A DNA stretch of 61,880 bases, the filler included, from Squatina squatina (Eukaryota): assembly GCA_031763465.1 (NCBI GenBank). It is 4 parts of 3 records of this genome, joined end to end, with 100 filler letters (N's around TTAATTAATTAA, not from the genome) between each part and the next. Parts side by side here need not be neighbours in the genome. Positions count along the whole stretch, not along the records: positions 1 to 18,158 come from JARFOE010000115.1; positions 18,259 to 33,517 come from JARFOE010000192.1; 2 more parts are not named here. The stretch is one strand, 5' to 3'. The notes beneath the pieces are model-generated. The model did not search any database, had not been told where the DNA came from, and saw only the letters and a program-made list of their open reading frames with translations. The position numbers and the translations under genes are program-made. This document shows, one piece after another, positions 11,871 to 23,510 of the stretch; positions within the stretch are counted from its first letter, which is position 1; each line of letters starts with the position of its first letter.

Positions 11871-12787
11871 NNNNNNNNNNNNNNNNNNNNNNNNNNNNNN
11901 NNNNNNNNNNNNNNNNNNNNNNNNNNNNNNNNNNNNNNNNNNNNNNNNNNNNNNNNNNNNNNNNNNNNNNTAGAACAATTATTAACGTCTTGTGTTTTAT
12001 GGAATTTCTTCCTTACGCCTCTGAAGCACGCTGGGAAGTACTTCTATTCTAAAAGTACTATATAAATGTAAGACCCCCCTCATCTTTTCCTGTGCTTATT
12101 CGCCCCTTTGTAGAAGCCCCAGCAACATGAAAGAGCTAGTAACCCAACGCTTTCCTTCCAGTGGTGCCTGCGAAATGAACATTCCCCAGCCGTGAAAGAG
12201 AGCAACATTGGGGCCCATAAGCAGAATAGATAAAGTAAATCTGTAACATTTTTAATTGAAACCTCGACTTCAGAACAAAAGAACATATGTATAATCTGAT
12301 CAATACCTGGAATGGTCTTCTGTGTACGTTAGCAGAGGGAAAAACTCTGGAACCATTCAAGAGGCATAGATACTGTGGAGGGCAGACTATATGCCTTAAA
12401 TTCCACAGGGGGTCTTCCCAGTCTCCTGAAGTTACGTTAGGAGATCAGCAGAACTCCCAGCCAAATGGTGTAAATGGCCATTCTCAGGAGTTACACTGCT
12501 TCCCTGGGAGTTCTGCCAATCTCATACCCAAGTTACAGCAGGAGGGAGACCGAATGAACCCCTGGAGAATGTCAGGGCCTTGGTTTTTGTCGGAAGATGA
12601 GATAGTTTGTCCAAATTACCTCCCGTATGTGCACTTATTTTTGTGATCTTTGTAAACCAAGACATAAACTACAATAAAGACTGAATAAAACAACTAGTAC
12701 CACGTGAATCACAATTGGTACATCAAATACAAACATCACTCTATGAAACATGCTTCTCAGAATCTAATGCAAATTAAGTTCACTCAC

Positions 12788-12862
12788 AAGTATCTTAGCC
12801 GTGGTAGATTTTGGAAAGCTTCTTGATCAATTTTCACTAGATGCTTTGTATTCTGAATTGAG
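12788..12862 (-). CDS. LHCGR: LH receptor exon 4 (LRR)
   Basis: 75-nt phase-2 exon, atccAG|...|GTgagt; SIQNTKHLVKIDQEAFQNLPRLRYL. IQNTK is LHR-type rather than FSHR-type (IEKAN). Confidence 0.9.
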
Positions 12863-14289
12863 CTGGATAGAAGAAAATGAGATATATTAGAATTAATGGA
12901 CCAGTAAAACATACATGGATCATAATTTGAATGTAATATGTAAGAATTTAAGATTAAATAATAGCTTCACTATACACAAATGATCGTTTGCTTGAAAATA
13001 TAGTTGAATACGACAAAATAAGAATACGAAAAAATCCAGAATGTTTTTTCCACTCTTTATTTATTCCCTCCCCCCTCTGCTTAAAGTATTACTTTTTGTT
13101 GGAATATAGTTTCACGGGTTGCAGTATCCTCTAATACCTCACCCAACTGTCCTATGCTTTATATGTGAGCCTAAGCACTAGGCATGAGAGCTTAGACTCA
13201 TCCTGTCTTATCCCAATGTCCACACTTGCACATCTTGCAGCAGAGGTTGGTGAATAGCAATCAGGAGTGGGAACCCTGACTGATTTTAGCTTTCCTTAAC
13301 CTTTGGGGCACTGAGGCCAATAGAAGAATCACTACCTGCCCCATTGACTCAACACAGATCGGAAATCAAAATTGGAACCATATGTGTAAGCTATTCAATG
13401 CCTCAAAGAATTGAGCCATTCGGGGAGCACTACCTCTGAAAATTTCATGGGCTTTGCTAGAGATACCCTGCTCTCAATAGTAAACAAAATACCACTTCTG
13501 TCAGCTGTCAACTAGCCAAACCAATGGCGAGTCACTGAGAACCCGACACACTTACTTGGCGTGAAACCTGAGGGATGGCAAACTTGTCAAAAAGTTGGTA
13601 AAATGGTAAGTGCCTGCTTTTAATCCTCTTAAATAGCATTAAACTACCTGTTAAGTACCTTAATTAACTGGCCCGCCGCTTGGTGTCGGGTCTGCAATGC
13701 AGACGCAGACCCGACATTTGAGAATCTGACACGGAGGCAGATTCAAAGTGGAATCCCGCCCCGCTGTCAATCAGCCATTTGAACAGCGGGCCCGCCTCCA
13801 AACCCGCACTTGCAGGGCTGGGAAGATTCTGGCCATGTCTTTCTTGTCTCCTCATGCACTTGTCCAATCTTTCCAAAATCATACCGAGAAACATTTAGTG
13901 AGATGATGCCAGATACTAATTGTTAAGCTGTTACATTTACAAACAAGTGAAGTAACCGTTAAAGCAAATTCCAGTTAGTTCACTCAATAGTGCTTCTCTC
14001 TAAAACAAAAAAATGAGGGAAGAGAACAGGAGCCCTGTCCCTATCCTGGGCTGACTTACTTTTGGCATTACCTTGCATTTCTTCTCACAGTTCTAACTGT
14101 AAAAACTGACCTCTTGCAGTTTAGCTTCCAACTCTGGGCGCCAACCCCAACACCTCGCAGTCTCTTGTTCAAAAACATTACTCACTTCCGAATGCTTCAA
14201 GCTTTGTCCTCATGAATAGAACCATCCTTACCACAATGGATGTGAATATTTGTTGGCTATTGCAGGTGAAATAATGAATTGCTCGGACT

Positions 14290-14751
14290 GAACAAAATGA
14301 TTGTGTGCACTTCTGGACTCATTCCCCATGAGCAGAGAAACACAGCAGGAGCGTGCATATGGCTTCGTCAGGATGGCTTGCGTGACATGCAGCTGAGACT
14401 GCATGACATCAGCAAGACGTTGCGTGGCATCATACTGAGACTGCATGAGAGCAGTCTGAGCATCCATGCGAGCAACCGTTGACTCCATTACAGCAGCAAG
14501 GCATTGCGTTGCCGTAGCCTGTGCCACAATAGAGGATGTCACGTTGCCCATGACACACGTCATGAGGTCTGGATCCGCACGGTCTCTCGGAGTCCAACGT
14601 TGTCTGCAGACTGTCTTATGATGGGCTCCATGGTGTACGCAGAGCTCTGTACAATGCGGGAGGTGGACTCCTCCATGCTCCTGACCACTTGTGACCTCGG
14701 TTACCCTTGCCATTACCCCTATCATTTGTGAGTGCATGGCCATCACCCTCT
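14290..14751 (-). mobile_element. Probable Harbinger-type second-ORF remnant
   Basis: Ala/Met/Gln-rich coiled-coil-like reading with frameshifts, resembling shark Harbinger accessory ORFs; no splice support. Confidence 0.35.
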
Positions 14752-14859
14752 NNNNNNNNNNNNNNNNNNNNNNNNNNNNNNNNNNNNNNNNNNNNNNNNN
14801 NNNNNNNNNNNNNNNNNNNNNNNNNNNNNNNNNNNNNNNNNNNNNNNNNNNTCATGGTG

Positions 14860-15610
14860 AGTGGGAGATTTTATAACAGAGATGTTATGCCAAGTAACAT
14901 TATCAGGAACACAGACTTATCAGCTTTGAGACATCTCTGGGACCCGGAGGCACTTTGAAGGGGGCCTGGGATCTGGCTCACAGTACTGGGTTGAGGTCAC
15001 AGTGTCCAGCATATTTTGAAGGGGGTTGAGGAAAGAGTTTCCAAGGTTTGGGAGCACTAGGGGTATGTCATATGGTTCCAAGACAGAGGTTCTAGGAAGA
15101 CTGAGGCAGAGGGGTTGAGGAGGAACAATGCACCAGGGTCACTGGTAATTGACGAAGACAGAGGAATCGAGGGTGGGTTTTTTGAGGAGAGGGCTGATGA
15201 CAGTGGTTTTGAAAGAGTGGGTGACAGTTGCTGAGGAGAGGGAACTATTTGCAATGTCAGCTAGCATGAGAGCAGGAAGGGAAGTTGGGTGGTCAGCAGT
15301 TTAGTGGGAATGGGTTCAGGGAGCAGAAGGTTGATCTCGTGGATAAGTCCTTTCAACATACCCTTATAAATTTTTCTTTTGCAAATACTGGAAAGAGTAT
15401 GAAGGGAAATGAGANNNNNNNNNNTAGGGATATGCCTGGAGGAGATCTGACACTGGATATAGCTGCAGAGACAGCTCAACAGATACCCTCCATCCTGGTC
15501 ATACAGAAATCCATGAGCTCTTCACACTTGTTAGTCGGTGAGGGTGGAGATGGGTTTAAGGAGATGGTTGGTGGTGTAAAAAAGAGGCCCGAGGTTATCT
15601 CTGACAGTGT
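14860..15610 (-). mobile_element. L2 LINE internal fragment
   Basis: Minus-strand PSIPLSSSITSDP and EPIPTKLLTTQLPFL, typical of L2 ORF2 upstream of the RT domain. Confidence 0.7.
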
Positions 15611-17719
15611 TTTTCTTCCTTCCCCATTTTATTAAAATGCTACATCGATCATTTTCAGTACGAAAGGAGGGCAATCATAGAATCAGAGTGTTATAAGAGC
15701 ATAGCAGGCCATTCAGCCCATTGTACCTGTTCTGACTCTCTGAAAAAGAGCTGTTCAGGTCATCCCAATCCTTTGCTCTTTTTAATTTTTTCTTTTTTTA
15801 AACCTCCATTTCCCTTTTAAAAGCTATATGGATTCTGCATCCATCACACACCATCTATTTCTGGTTGGGCATTTTATGGGCGAACATGCTTCTTTTTAAA
15901 AAAATAAGATGTTTATCTTCATTATCCTCTTAACCTTTTCTGCTCTGATGTAAAGCCCCAGTTTCTCTGTCTTGTGCCTAACTAAAACCTCTCTAGTACC
16001 ACCTTAGTGAATCCCTTCTGCACACTCTAAATGGACTTCACANNNNNNNNNNNNNNNNNNNNNNNNNNNNNNNNNNNNNNNNNNNNNNNNNNNNNNNNNN
16101 NNNNNNNNNNNNNNNNNNNNNNNNNNNNNNNNNNNNNNNNNNGGACCTAAGCGGGCTGCACCATGGTGGTGGGCAAAGGGAAGGTCGTAAGCCAGTTCCC
16201 TGGAGGGTGAGTTGGCCCCTGAGCACTGCTTCAGAGGACTCAGATGTGGGCCTGGACGGTGAGTTCACTACTGAAAGGGTACTGGATGGTACTACAGCTT
16301 CAATGGTAAGGGTGCCTGAGAGTCTGTCGGAACTGCAGCGGAGCCCAAAACTTCTTTAACAGCAGTCTGAGCATTCACAAGAAATCCTGGTGCTCCACTG
16401 CAGATGCCCCTGGAGTTGCTGCACACTTCATGGTAGACTGCAGTGCAAATAACCTTCCTGCTTAACTTCGTAGGTATGGATAGTGGGCTTGTCCATACTC
16501 CTAACCAAAATATGCAAGGTGTTTTGCACAGACACAATGGGCCAAGTGGCTTCCTCTGAGCCATAAATTTCTATGATTCCATGATGCAAGTAACTGCTGT
16601 AGACAATCAAGCTCAAACAGCAATCTACTTTTTATATGTAGGGTCTGTGATGTCCGAATCCCTAAGCATTGCAGCTGAAGACGTTCCTACTCCTCCTGTG
16701 CTGCTACTCCTCCCTTATGCACTGTGACTCATCTGCTTCTATTTCCTCAAACTCACTATTTACATTCTCCAAATAGGCAGTGTAATATCTTCCGCTGGCA
16801 TTCTGCCTCATTTCGGGTGGGTCTGGATTTAAATTTTAAATGAGCTCCTTTACCTTGTGATTTTACTTTTTGGCTGCATATTGTGACACCCGCATATTGT
16901 TGCAAGTCCCGGCCAGAATGGAGATGATTGGGTAATTCCCCCACCAATCATGGCCAGAGACCACGCTGCTGTTAATGACTGGAATTGACTTTATGCACAT
17001 AATTTGTATTATGTAACTATCCTCCAATCATTGCATTTTGCACAATAAAAATGCTCCATTAGATATGTATGGGCGGTTGCTCAAACAACATACACAAGAT
17101 AAGCAAATCATGAAGATCAGAAGTAAACAGCCATTTCACATGACTCGCAATTCAATATTTACCCCCATTTTTATGAAATCAGGAACTTCCAGCTTTATAT
17201 GTGCCATATTTACCAAATGTAACATAGTCACAGAATCACTGTGCTCATTCAGTTAGGTAAAGTATTGCTCTGTTAAATGGACTCGCATTGTCTTGGCTCC
17301 AGCAGGGCCTTGATCAGTGCCAGCAGGGTGACATTGGTCAGCAGATNNNNNNNNNNNNNNNNNNNNNNNNNNNNNNNNNNNNNNNNNNNNNNNNNNNNNN
17401 NNNNNNNNNNNNNNNNNNNNNNNNNNNNNNNNNNNNNNNNNNNNNNCTTGTGTGTGTATATATGCGCCTCATTCTGGACCCTTCCATCAGTGGAAACAGT
17501 CTCTTTTTTATCAATTCTGTCCATCCTTTGGTAATTTTAAGCGTTCTGAAATCTCTTCTCTCAAACGGCTCCAATTGGAGCACTATCTACACAGGGTTGT
17601 TAAATTGATCTGAGATTTGCTAAAAAAAAATGTCTGAATTTAATTCAGCTTGTTGGTCCTTTTTGGGAGCGGTGAATTCTATCCCCACAGTATAATAATA
17701 TCTCGCTATTCTTGTTCAG

Positions 17720-17853
17720 TTCTGGCAGTACGGAGAATGGGTGGATGTGGTGATCGATGACAGGTTGCCCACAAAGGATGATGAGCTGATGTTTGTGCAC
17801 TCAGCATCCGGAAATGAGTTCTGGAGTGCTCTGCTGGAGAAAGCCTATTCAAA
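17720..17853 (+). CDS. Classical calpain (CAPN1/2/8/11-like) catalytic-domain exon
   Basis: ttgttcAG|...|GTaagt, 134 nt; [45 protein letters not shown]. Paralogue not resolvable. Confidence 0.92.
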
Positions 17854-18158
17854 GTAAGTCCACATTTGCATCGTGGCCATTATCTGGTTCTTTATCTGAA
17901 TTCGGTTTTATTCTTCACTTTTTAGCTTTGTGTATTTGCTTTTAATATCTCTGTAAATTGCCTCCCCTGGTAAATGCATCATGTGGCATGCTGGTACGCC
18001 AATGCCAAGAATCTCTCCTAACTGCTGTTACTGAGCCAGACAACAGCAGCTACTTGAACTTCTGCAGCACTCCTTCTGTACAGAAAGAGGGCTCAAGGCC
18101 CTTCATGCAGCACAAGAGATGGGCATCACGCAGCAGTGAAGGGAAACAAAGGTGAGGG

Positions 18159-18258
18159 NNNNNNNNNNNNNNNNNNNNNNNNNNNNNNNNNNNNNNNNNN
18201 NNTTAATTAATTAANNNNNNNNNNNNNNNNNNNNNNNNNNNNNNNNNNNNNNNNNNNN
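18159..18258. other. Artificial scaffold linker
   Basis: 44 N + TTAATTAATTAA (18203-18214; stops in all six frames) + 44 N. Confidence 0.95.
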
Positions 18259-18331
18259 TGATCATATTGAATGGCGGTGCAGGCTCGAAGGGCCGAATGG
18301 CCTACTCCTGCACCTATTTTCTATGTTTCTA
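18259..18331 (+). mobile_element. CR1/HER1-type LINE 3' terminus
   Basis: gatcatattgaatggcggtgcaggctcgaagggccgaatggcctactcctgc plus a (ttctatg)-like tail; same end at 31909-31990, 53961-54056 and 57318-57573. Confidence 0.8.
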
Positions 18332-19588
18332 TATCCCATGTAATATGGAGACATTAGCGGTGCACGGTACTCCAAGTGCTTCATTGCGATTTATCCTATG
18401 CTACATTTTGTGATTCACTTTGTCATTAGACTGAACATGCAGGCAACACCAGGCTAAATTTAAAGCCCCCAGAGCTGCTGTGAACTACCAGGGTCAGCTT
18501 CCATCCCCGACAACAGTCTCAAGACGATTAATTGGAACCTTAACGCAGATAATATAATGAATAACAGACTAGCATTATTCAGCATTGCTTTTTTACAAAA
18601 TAAATAGTAACCCATTAACCTGCAGGCTTCAGCCTTGGATCCGGGAACAATTGAGCAGGGATTGAGACCACTCAAATTCAACGCATTTAGAACTCATTTT
18701 AAAAGTCAGAAGACTCTCTCGCCCATCTGTTTGAGCTGGATTCAGAGCCAGAACCCAGGTCAGTCTGGCCCAATGTGTGCCTCTTGTGTCTGTGTGCCTG
18801 GTGCTATCCTCGGTGCTGCATCGAGGGGCTGTGTTTTGACTGGGTTGAAGCTATGCTCCACTAATCCGCATGCCTCTGCTGGTTCCTATCCTAACAGGGG
18901 GTCTCCTTTGATCAAGTCAATAATCTGCTGATCGAGCCTGCTCGAATTGAGGAGGAAGAGGTCTGTACTGTTCCCTTTCTATATCAGCTCTACACATGCA
19001 TGCCCAGTCTGTGATTTGGTGGGGTTTACCCCTTACATACTTGGAGGTGGCAAGACCCTGGGGTGCGAAAGCACTCCACATAACATACCACTGTTCTGTG
19101 GAGGAAATTTATTTTTAATTTATAGAGGCCATAGTATTAGAGAGATGGTAAGTAATGGAGAGCAACTGTAGAGGAGCAGCTTGGACATTCACATCTCAGC
19201 CAAAGGGGTCCTGACAGGGCCCCCATTTTGACAGATTTAACCTTGTTGGGTTCGATTCTCCCCGATTGGCCCCGATCCCAGCCCCGGCTCGATGTCTCGC
19301 TCTGTATCCTTTGCCATTCAATCCTGCTGTGCTGGCCTGTGATGACAGGCTTTCATCTCTGATTCTAAATGAATAGTCCAAAAAGTCTCGCTCTGAAAGG
19401 TCTTTAGACATTTGGGAGGCTGGGATTCCTGTGAAACTGGCACCTGCCCCAGGAATGCAGCTGACTGGTGATAGGAGGGTGGAGGCGGNNNNNNNNNNNN
19501 NNNNNNNNNNNNNNNNNNNNNNNNNNNNNNNNNNNNNNNNNNNNNNNNNNNNNNNNNNNNNNNNNNNNNNNNNNNNNNNNNNNNNNNN

Positions 19589-19715
19589 CTCGGTACCGCC
19601 CCTCCGACAGTGCGGCTCTCCGTCGGTACCGCCCCTCCGACAGTGCGGCTCTCCCTCGGTACCGCCCCTCCGACAGTGCGGCGCTCCCTCAGTACTGCAC
19701 TAGGATTGTCAGCTT
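19589..19715 (-). repeat. 33-bp minisatellite derived from a SacSINE1-like SINE
   Basis: Unit cggtaccgcccctccgacagtgcggctctccgt x3 (cut by gap), running into ctcagtactgcactagg..gtcagc, the reverse complement of the SINE segment at ~40745-40800. Confidence 0.75.
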
Positions 19716-19818
19716 GTGTTAAATGCCGGAGTGAGCACAGGACCTTCTTCCCAGGGCCGGTGCTACCTTCTGACTGTGACAAAGCCAGAGTTTTATAAGG
19801 GATGTCAGGCTTCCTCTT

Positions 19819-19888
19819 TGCCCCACTGCCCCAGGCCATCCTCTGCCCCACTGCCCCAGGCCATCCTCTGCCCCACTGCCCCAGGCCT
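19819..19888. repeat. 25-bp tandem repeat (~3 copies)
   Basis: tgccccactgccccaggccatcctc repeated. Confidence 0.85.
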
Positions 19889-20019
19889 TCCTCTGTCCCT
19901 TCGTGTGGCCGTGATGTTGGCAGCTGTGAATGAGCCTTGGGCGCTGTGTTTCGGGCAGGTTGCAGGGCTGCTGCACACAGACCGATATGAACTGACTGCA
20001 GGTTTGCGCATGTTTGCAG

Positions 20020-20316
20020 ATCAATGGGGTAGAGATGGCAGATGCCAGGCATGATCAGGCAGTAGCGCTTCTTACGGGCACAGCACCCACCATCACCATG
20101 GTAGTAGAACGGCAGATGTCAGAGTTATGCAAGTCCGCAGATGGGATGATCCAAGGAGATGGCTCCCCAAGCCTGCACCGAGCGAGGCCGCACTCACCAC
20201 CCCCACCTGGCCAGACAGTCGGCGAGGATTACCAGGACACCAGCATCGAGGAGACTGCAGCTCAACCCAGCCAACTTGGCATCTCCCTCGGTACCGAGGA
20301 TCAATACCCAGTGGAG
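20020..20316 (+). CDS. SCRIB: Scribble exon: end of PDZ2 and linker to PDZ3
   Basis: tttgcAG|...|GTagg, 297 nt; INGVEMADARHDQAVALLTGTAPTITMVVER...DQYPVE (human INGVDVTEARHDHAVSLLTAASPTIALLLER...YPVE). Confidence 0.9.
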
Positions 20317-20398
20317 GTAGGAGAGTGGGCAGGGGCATGGGGCAAGCGGGCGCACGGGCGGGGATGCAGGGCGAGGGAGGGATTCGACGGAGCGAGGC

Positions 20399-20756
20399 AG
20401 TGTGTGTGTGAGGGGCCGATTACTCGGTGTGTGTTGTGAGGGGCCGATTACTCGGTGTGTGTGTGTGGGGCCGATTACTCGGAGTGTGTGTGTGTGAGGG
20501 GCCGATTACTCGGAGTGTGTGTGTGGGGCCGATTACTCGGTGTGTGTGTGTGGGGCCGATTACTCGGAGTGTGTGTGAGGGGCCGATTACTCGGAGTGTG
20601 TGTGAGGGGCCGATTACTCGGAGTGTGTGTGTGTGAGGGGCCAATTACTCGGAGTGTGTGTGTGTGAGGGGCCGATTACTCGGAGTGTGTGTGAGGGGCC
20701 GATTACTCGGTGTGTGTGTGTGAGGGGCCGATTACTCGGAGTGTGTGTGAGGGGCC
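20399..20756. repeat. Minisatellite: ggggccgattactcgg core + variable (GT)n
   Basis: About 12 copies of the 16-bp core separated by 10-17 nt of GT-rich spacer; runs into a gap. Confidence 0.9.
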
Positions 20757-21131
20757 NNNNNNNNNNNNNNNNNNNNNNNNNNNNNNNNNNNNNNNNNNNN
20801 NNNNNNNNNNNNNNNNNNNNNNNNNNNNNNNNNNNNNNNNNNNNNNNNNNNNNNNNCCCATCCGTCTCTCTCAACCCCACCCCCTGCCGGGCCCAGCTGT
20901 CAGCCAGGTTCCTGGGGTTATTGGTAAGAGTAGCCCTCCAGTGATGCCCTCCAGCTGCTCTCTACAGCCCGTCCCTGTGCGTCTGTGTCTCTGATCGCTC
21001 ACATGCCTGTATGTGTTTGTGCGTGAATGTGTGCGTGTGTGTTCTTTGCATCTTTCTAACCTCTTGCACCCACAGAGCAGTGTTGGATGTTTCTCCGTCC
21101 TGTTCTCACTCCTCTTTACTGTACCTTACAG

Positions 21132-21206
21132 TCCTGGTCAGAAAAGAAGTTTGATTACCGGCAGTTTGCAGCTATCCCATCTTCCAAACCAGTTTACGAT
21201 ATCCAG
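21132..21206 (+). CDS. SCRIB: Scribble 75-nt C-terminal exon
   Basis: ccttacAG|...|GTacc, phase 0/0; SWSEKKFDYRQFAAIPSSKPVYDIQ (human KKFDYRAFAALPSSRPVYDIQ). Confidence 0.88.
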
Positions 21207-21670
21207 GTACCGGCTGCATGCTGCGTGCCTCGCCAGTGCCATTGTGGTTCCAGCCAGCTGCCTCTTGTTCCTTGCATTGTTTGGCGTGCTGTGTTACGGG
21301 AGGGGCCATTGCTTCTGTCAGCATGTTGCTAAGGGAGAGCATGCTAACGGGCATGGGGCCAGGGCTTTGCTGTTCACTGTTGCTGTGTGGAGGGATCTCT
21401 TGGTGTCCTGTGGGTTGAATTGGCATGTGCTTGTTGGTGTCGTATTCCTGGGTCTCTTGTGAATCAGACACTGAGAGCTTGGAATGAATTTCAGCATCTC
21501 GGGATGCTCGAAAGGCTGAACAGGCTGGGGCTCTTCTCGCTAGAACAGAGAAGACTGAGAGGTCGGACTGCACTCGCTGAGTTCCATTCTTATCTATCTA
21601 ATCATAGTCAGAGAACCAGAGAATCAAGTCCTCTTCCTGCTGCCATATGCTGACCTCTGGNNNNNNNNNN

Positions 21671-22080
21671 CGTCCAACAGCAGACTAAATTTTGGGAAGA
21701 TTTAAGCCATTACCATCGGTCCCCGCCACTGACTCCATCCCTCTCCCTGGCCACTGTCTGAGGCTGAACCAGAGCGTTCACACCGTGGTGTTGTATTTGA
21801 CCCTGAGCTGAGTTTCCAACCACACCTCCTCCATCACCAAGACCGCCGACTTCAACCTCTGTAACATCGCCCGTCTCCGCCCCTGCCTCAGCTCATCCGC
21901 TGCTGAAACCCTCATCCGTGCCGTTGTTACCTCCAGACTCGACTATTCCAAGCACTCCCGGCCGGCCTCTCGTCTTCCACCCTCCAGAGATTGGAGTTCA
22001 TCCAAAACTGCTGTCATTTCCTAACTCGGAACAAGCCCCGTTCACCCATTATCTCTGCACTCGTAGACCGACATTGGCTC
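21671..22080 (+). mobile_element. L2 LINE fragment
   Basis: Similar to 6848-7413 (gtatttgaccctgag, taacatcgcccg, cctccagactcgacta). Confidence 0.8.
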
Positions 22081-22180
22081 NNNNNNNNNNNNNNNNNNNN
22101 NNNNNNNNNNNNNNNNNNNNNNNNNNNNNNNNNNNNNNNNNNNNNNNNNNNNNNNNNNNNNNNNNNNNNNNNNNNNNNNN

Positions 22181-22410
22181 GGCTCTCTGTGTATCCTCTC
22201 TCTCTGAGTGACGGGGTGCGAGGGTTATAGGGGGTCCTGGGCTCTCTGTGTCTCCCCTCTCTCTCTCTCTGAGTGACGGGGTGCGCGGGTTATAGGGGGT
22301 CCTGGGCTCTCTGTGTAACCCCTCTCTCTCTCTCTCTGAGTGACTGGGTGCGAGGGTTATAGGGGGTCCTGGGCTCTCTGTGTAACGCCTCCCCCCGCCG
22401 CCTCTCAGTG
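22181..22410. repeat. ~60-66-bp minisatellite with variable (CT)n
   Basis: ggctctctgtgt..(ct)n..gagtgacggggtgcgagggttatagggggtcctg x3 plus a partial copy. Confidence 0.85.
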
Positions 22411-23059
22411 ACAGGGTGGGAGAAGCCGATCGATATATTTGCTCTCTGTCGAAACCTTGTCCCAGATCCACATCGGGTTTGTTTGTGCTGCTAGTGGGGT
22501 GAATTTGGTAGACATTATTTGGGGGGTGGGGGTTAATTGCGGAAGGAATTTTCAGTCTCTCATGGATGGCGTTCCTGTGTGATCGGGACAGTCTGAGAAT
22601 GTTCCTCCACTGGGTTTAATTTTTGAATTGCGAAACTGGGCAGAGATATCTGGGTGATCCCTGGGGACAGGAGAGAGCCCCAGTCACTACAGTGAATTGG
22701 AGCAGCTCGCTGCTTCCTCTGGGACTGACAGCTCATCTCAGACTGCAACTAGTGAATTTGTACAACCAAAGACGTATATTTTGTGCTCCAGGGTTCATTA
22801 AAGTTTACTTTTCATTTTATAAATGGCTGTGCCGTTTCTCAATGGTTCTCTGGATTTGTCGGACTCTGGTAGCATCTGAATCGATGGACCTTCACATTCA
22901 ACACACTTCAAAGAAAGAAACAAAGAACTTGCATTTATATACCGCCTTTCACAACCCCAGGACAGCACAAAGTGCTGTCCAGCCAACGAAGGCCTTTTTA
23001 AGTGTAGTCACTGTAAGAACTGCAGCCAGGTTAGGTAGAATTTACAAGACAGAGCTGGA

Positions 23060-23510
23060 CCATGGCGGTGTTTCTGCTCGACACGAGCCTCCTCTCATTC
23101 TCTTCATCTCATCCTGTCAGCATATCCTCCTATTCCTCTCACCTCCATCTGCTAATTTAGCCTCCCCTTCACTGCATCGATACTATTCGCCTCAAACACT
23201 CCCCGCGGGCGCGAGTTCCACATTCTCCCCACTCCCTGTGTGAGCGAGTTCCCCATTCTCCCCACTCCCTGTGGGAGCGAGTTCCCCATTCTCCCCACTC
23301 CCTGTTGGAGCGAGTTCCCCATTCTCCCCACTCCCTGTGGGAGCGAGTTCCACATTCTCCCAACTCCCTGTGGTAGCGAGGTCCCCATTCTCCCCACTCT
23401 CTGTGGGAGCGAGATCCCCATTCTGCCCACTCTCTGTGGGAGCGAGTTCCCCATTCTCCCCACTCCCTGTGGGAGCGAGTTCCCCATTCTCCCCACTCCC
23501 TGTGGGAGCG
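23060..23510 (-). repeat. CR1 3' fragment expanding into a 33-bp minisatellite (23209-23510)
   Basis: Minus translation (GRMGNSLPQGV)n then GRMWNSRPRGVFEANSIDAVKGRLN, the CR1 ORF2 C-terminus; ~9 units. Confidence 0.85.

Noticed and set aside
17160-17208. Possible further LHCGR exon (MAHIKLEVPDFIKMG)
   Set aside because: No match to receptor LRR exons 1-3 and no acceptor at the expected 75-nt spacing.
18203-18214. TTAATTAATTAA as a biological palindrome or piggyBac site
   Set aside because: Identical and centred in N runs three times; a synthetic linker.
20399-20756. Constant repeat with variable spacers, superficially CRISPR-like
   Set aside because: Spacers are short (GT)n runs rather than unique sequences; vertebrate intron; no cas genes.
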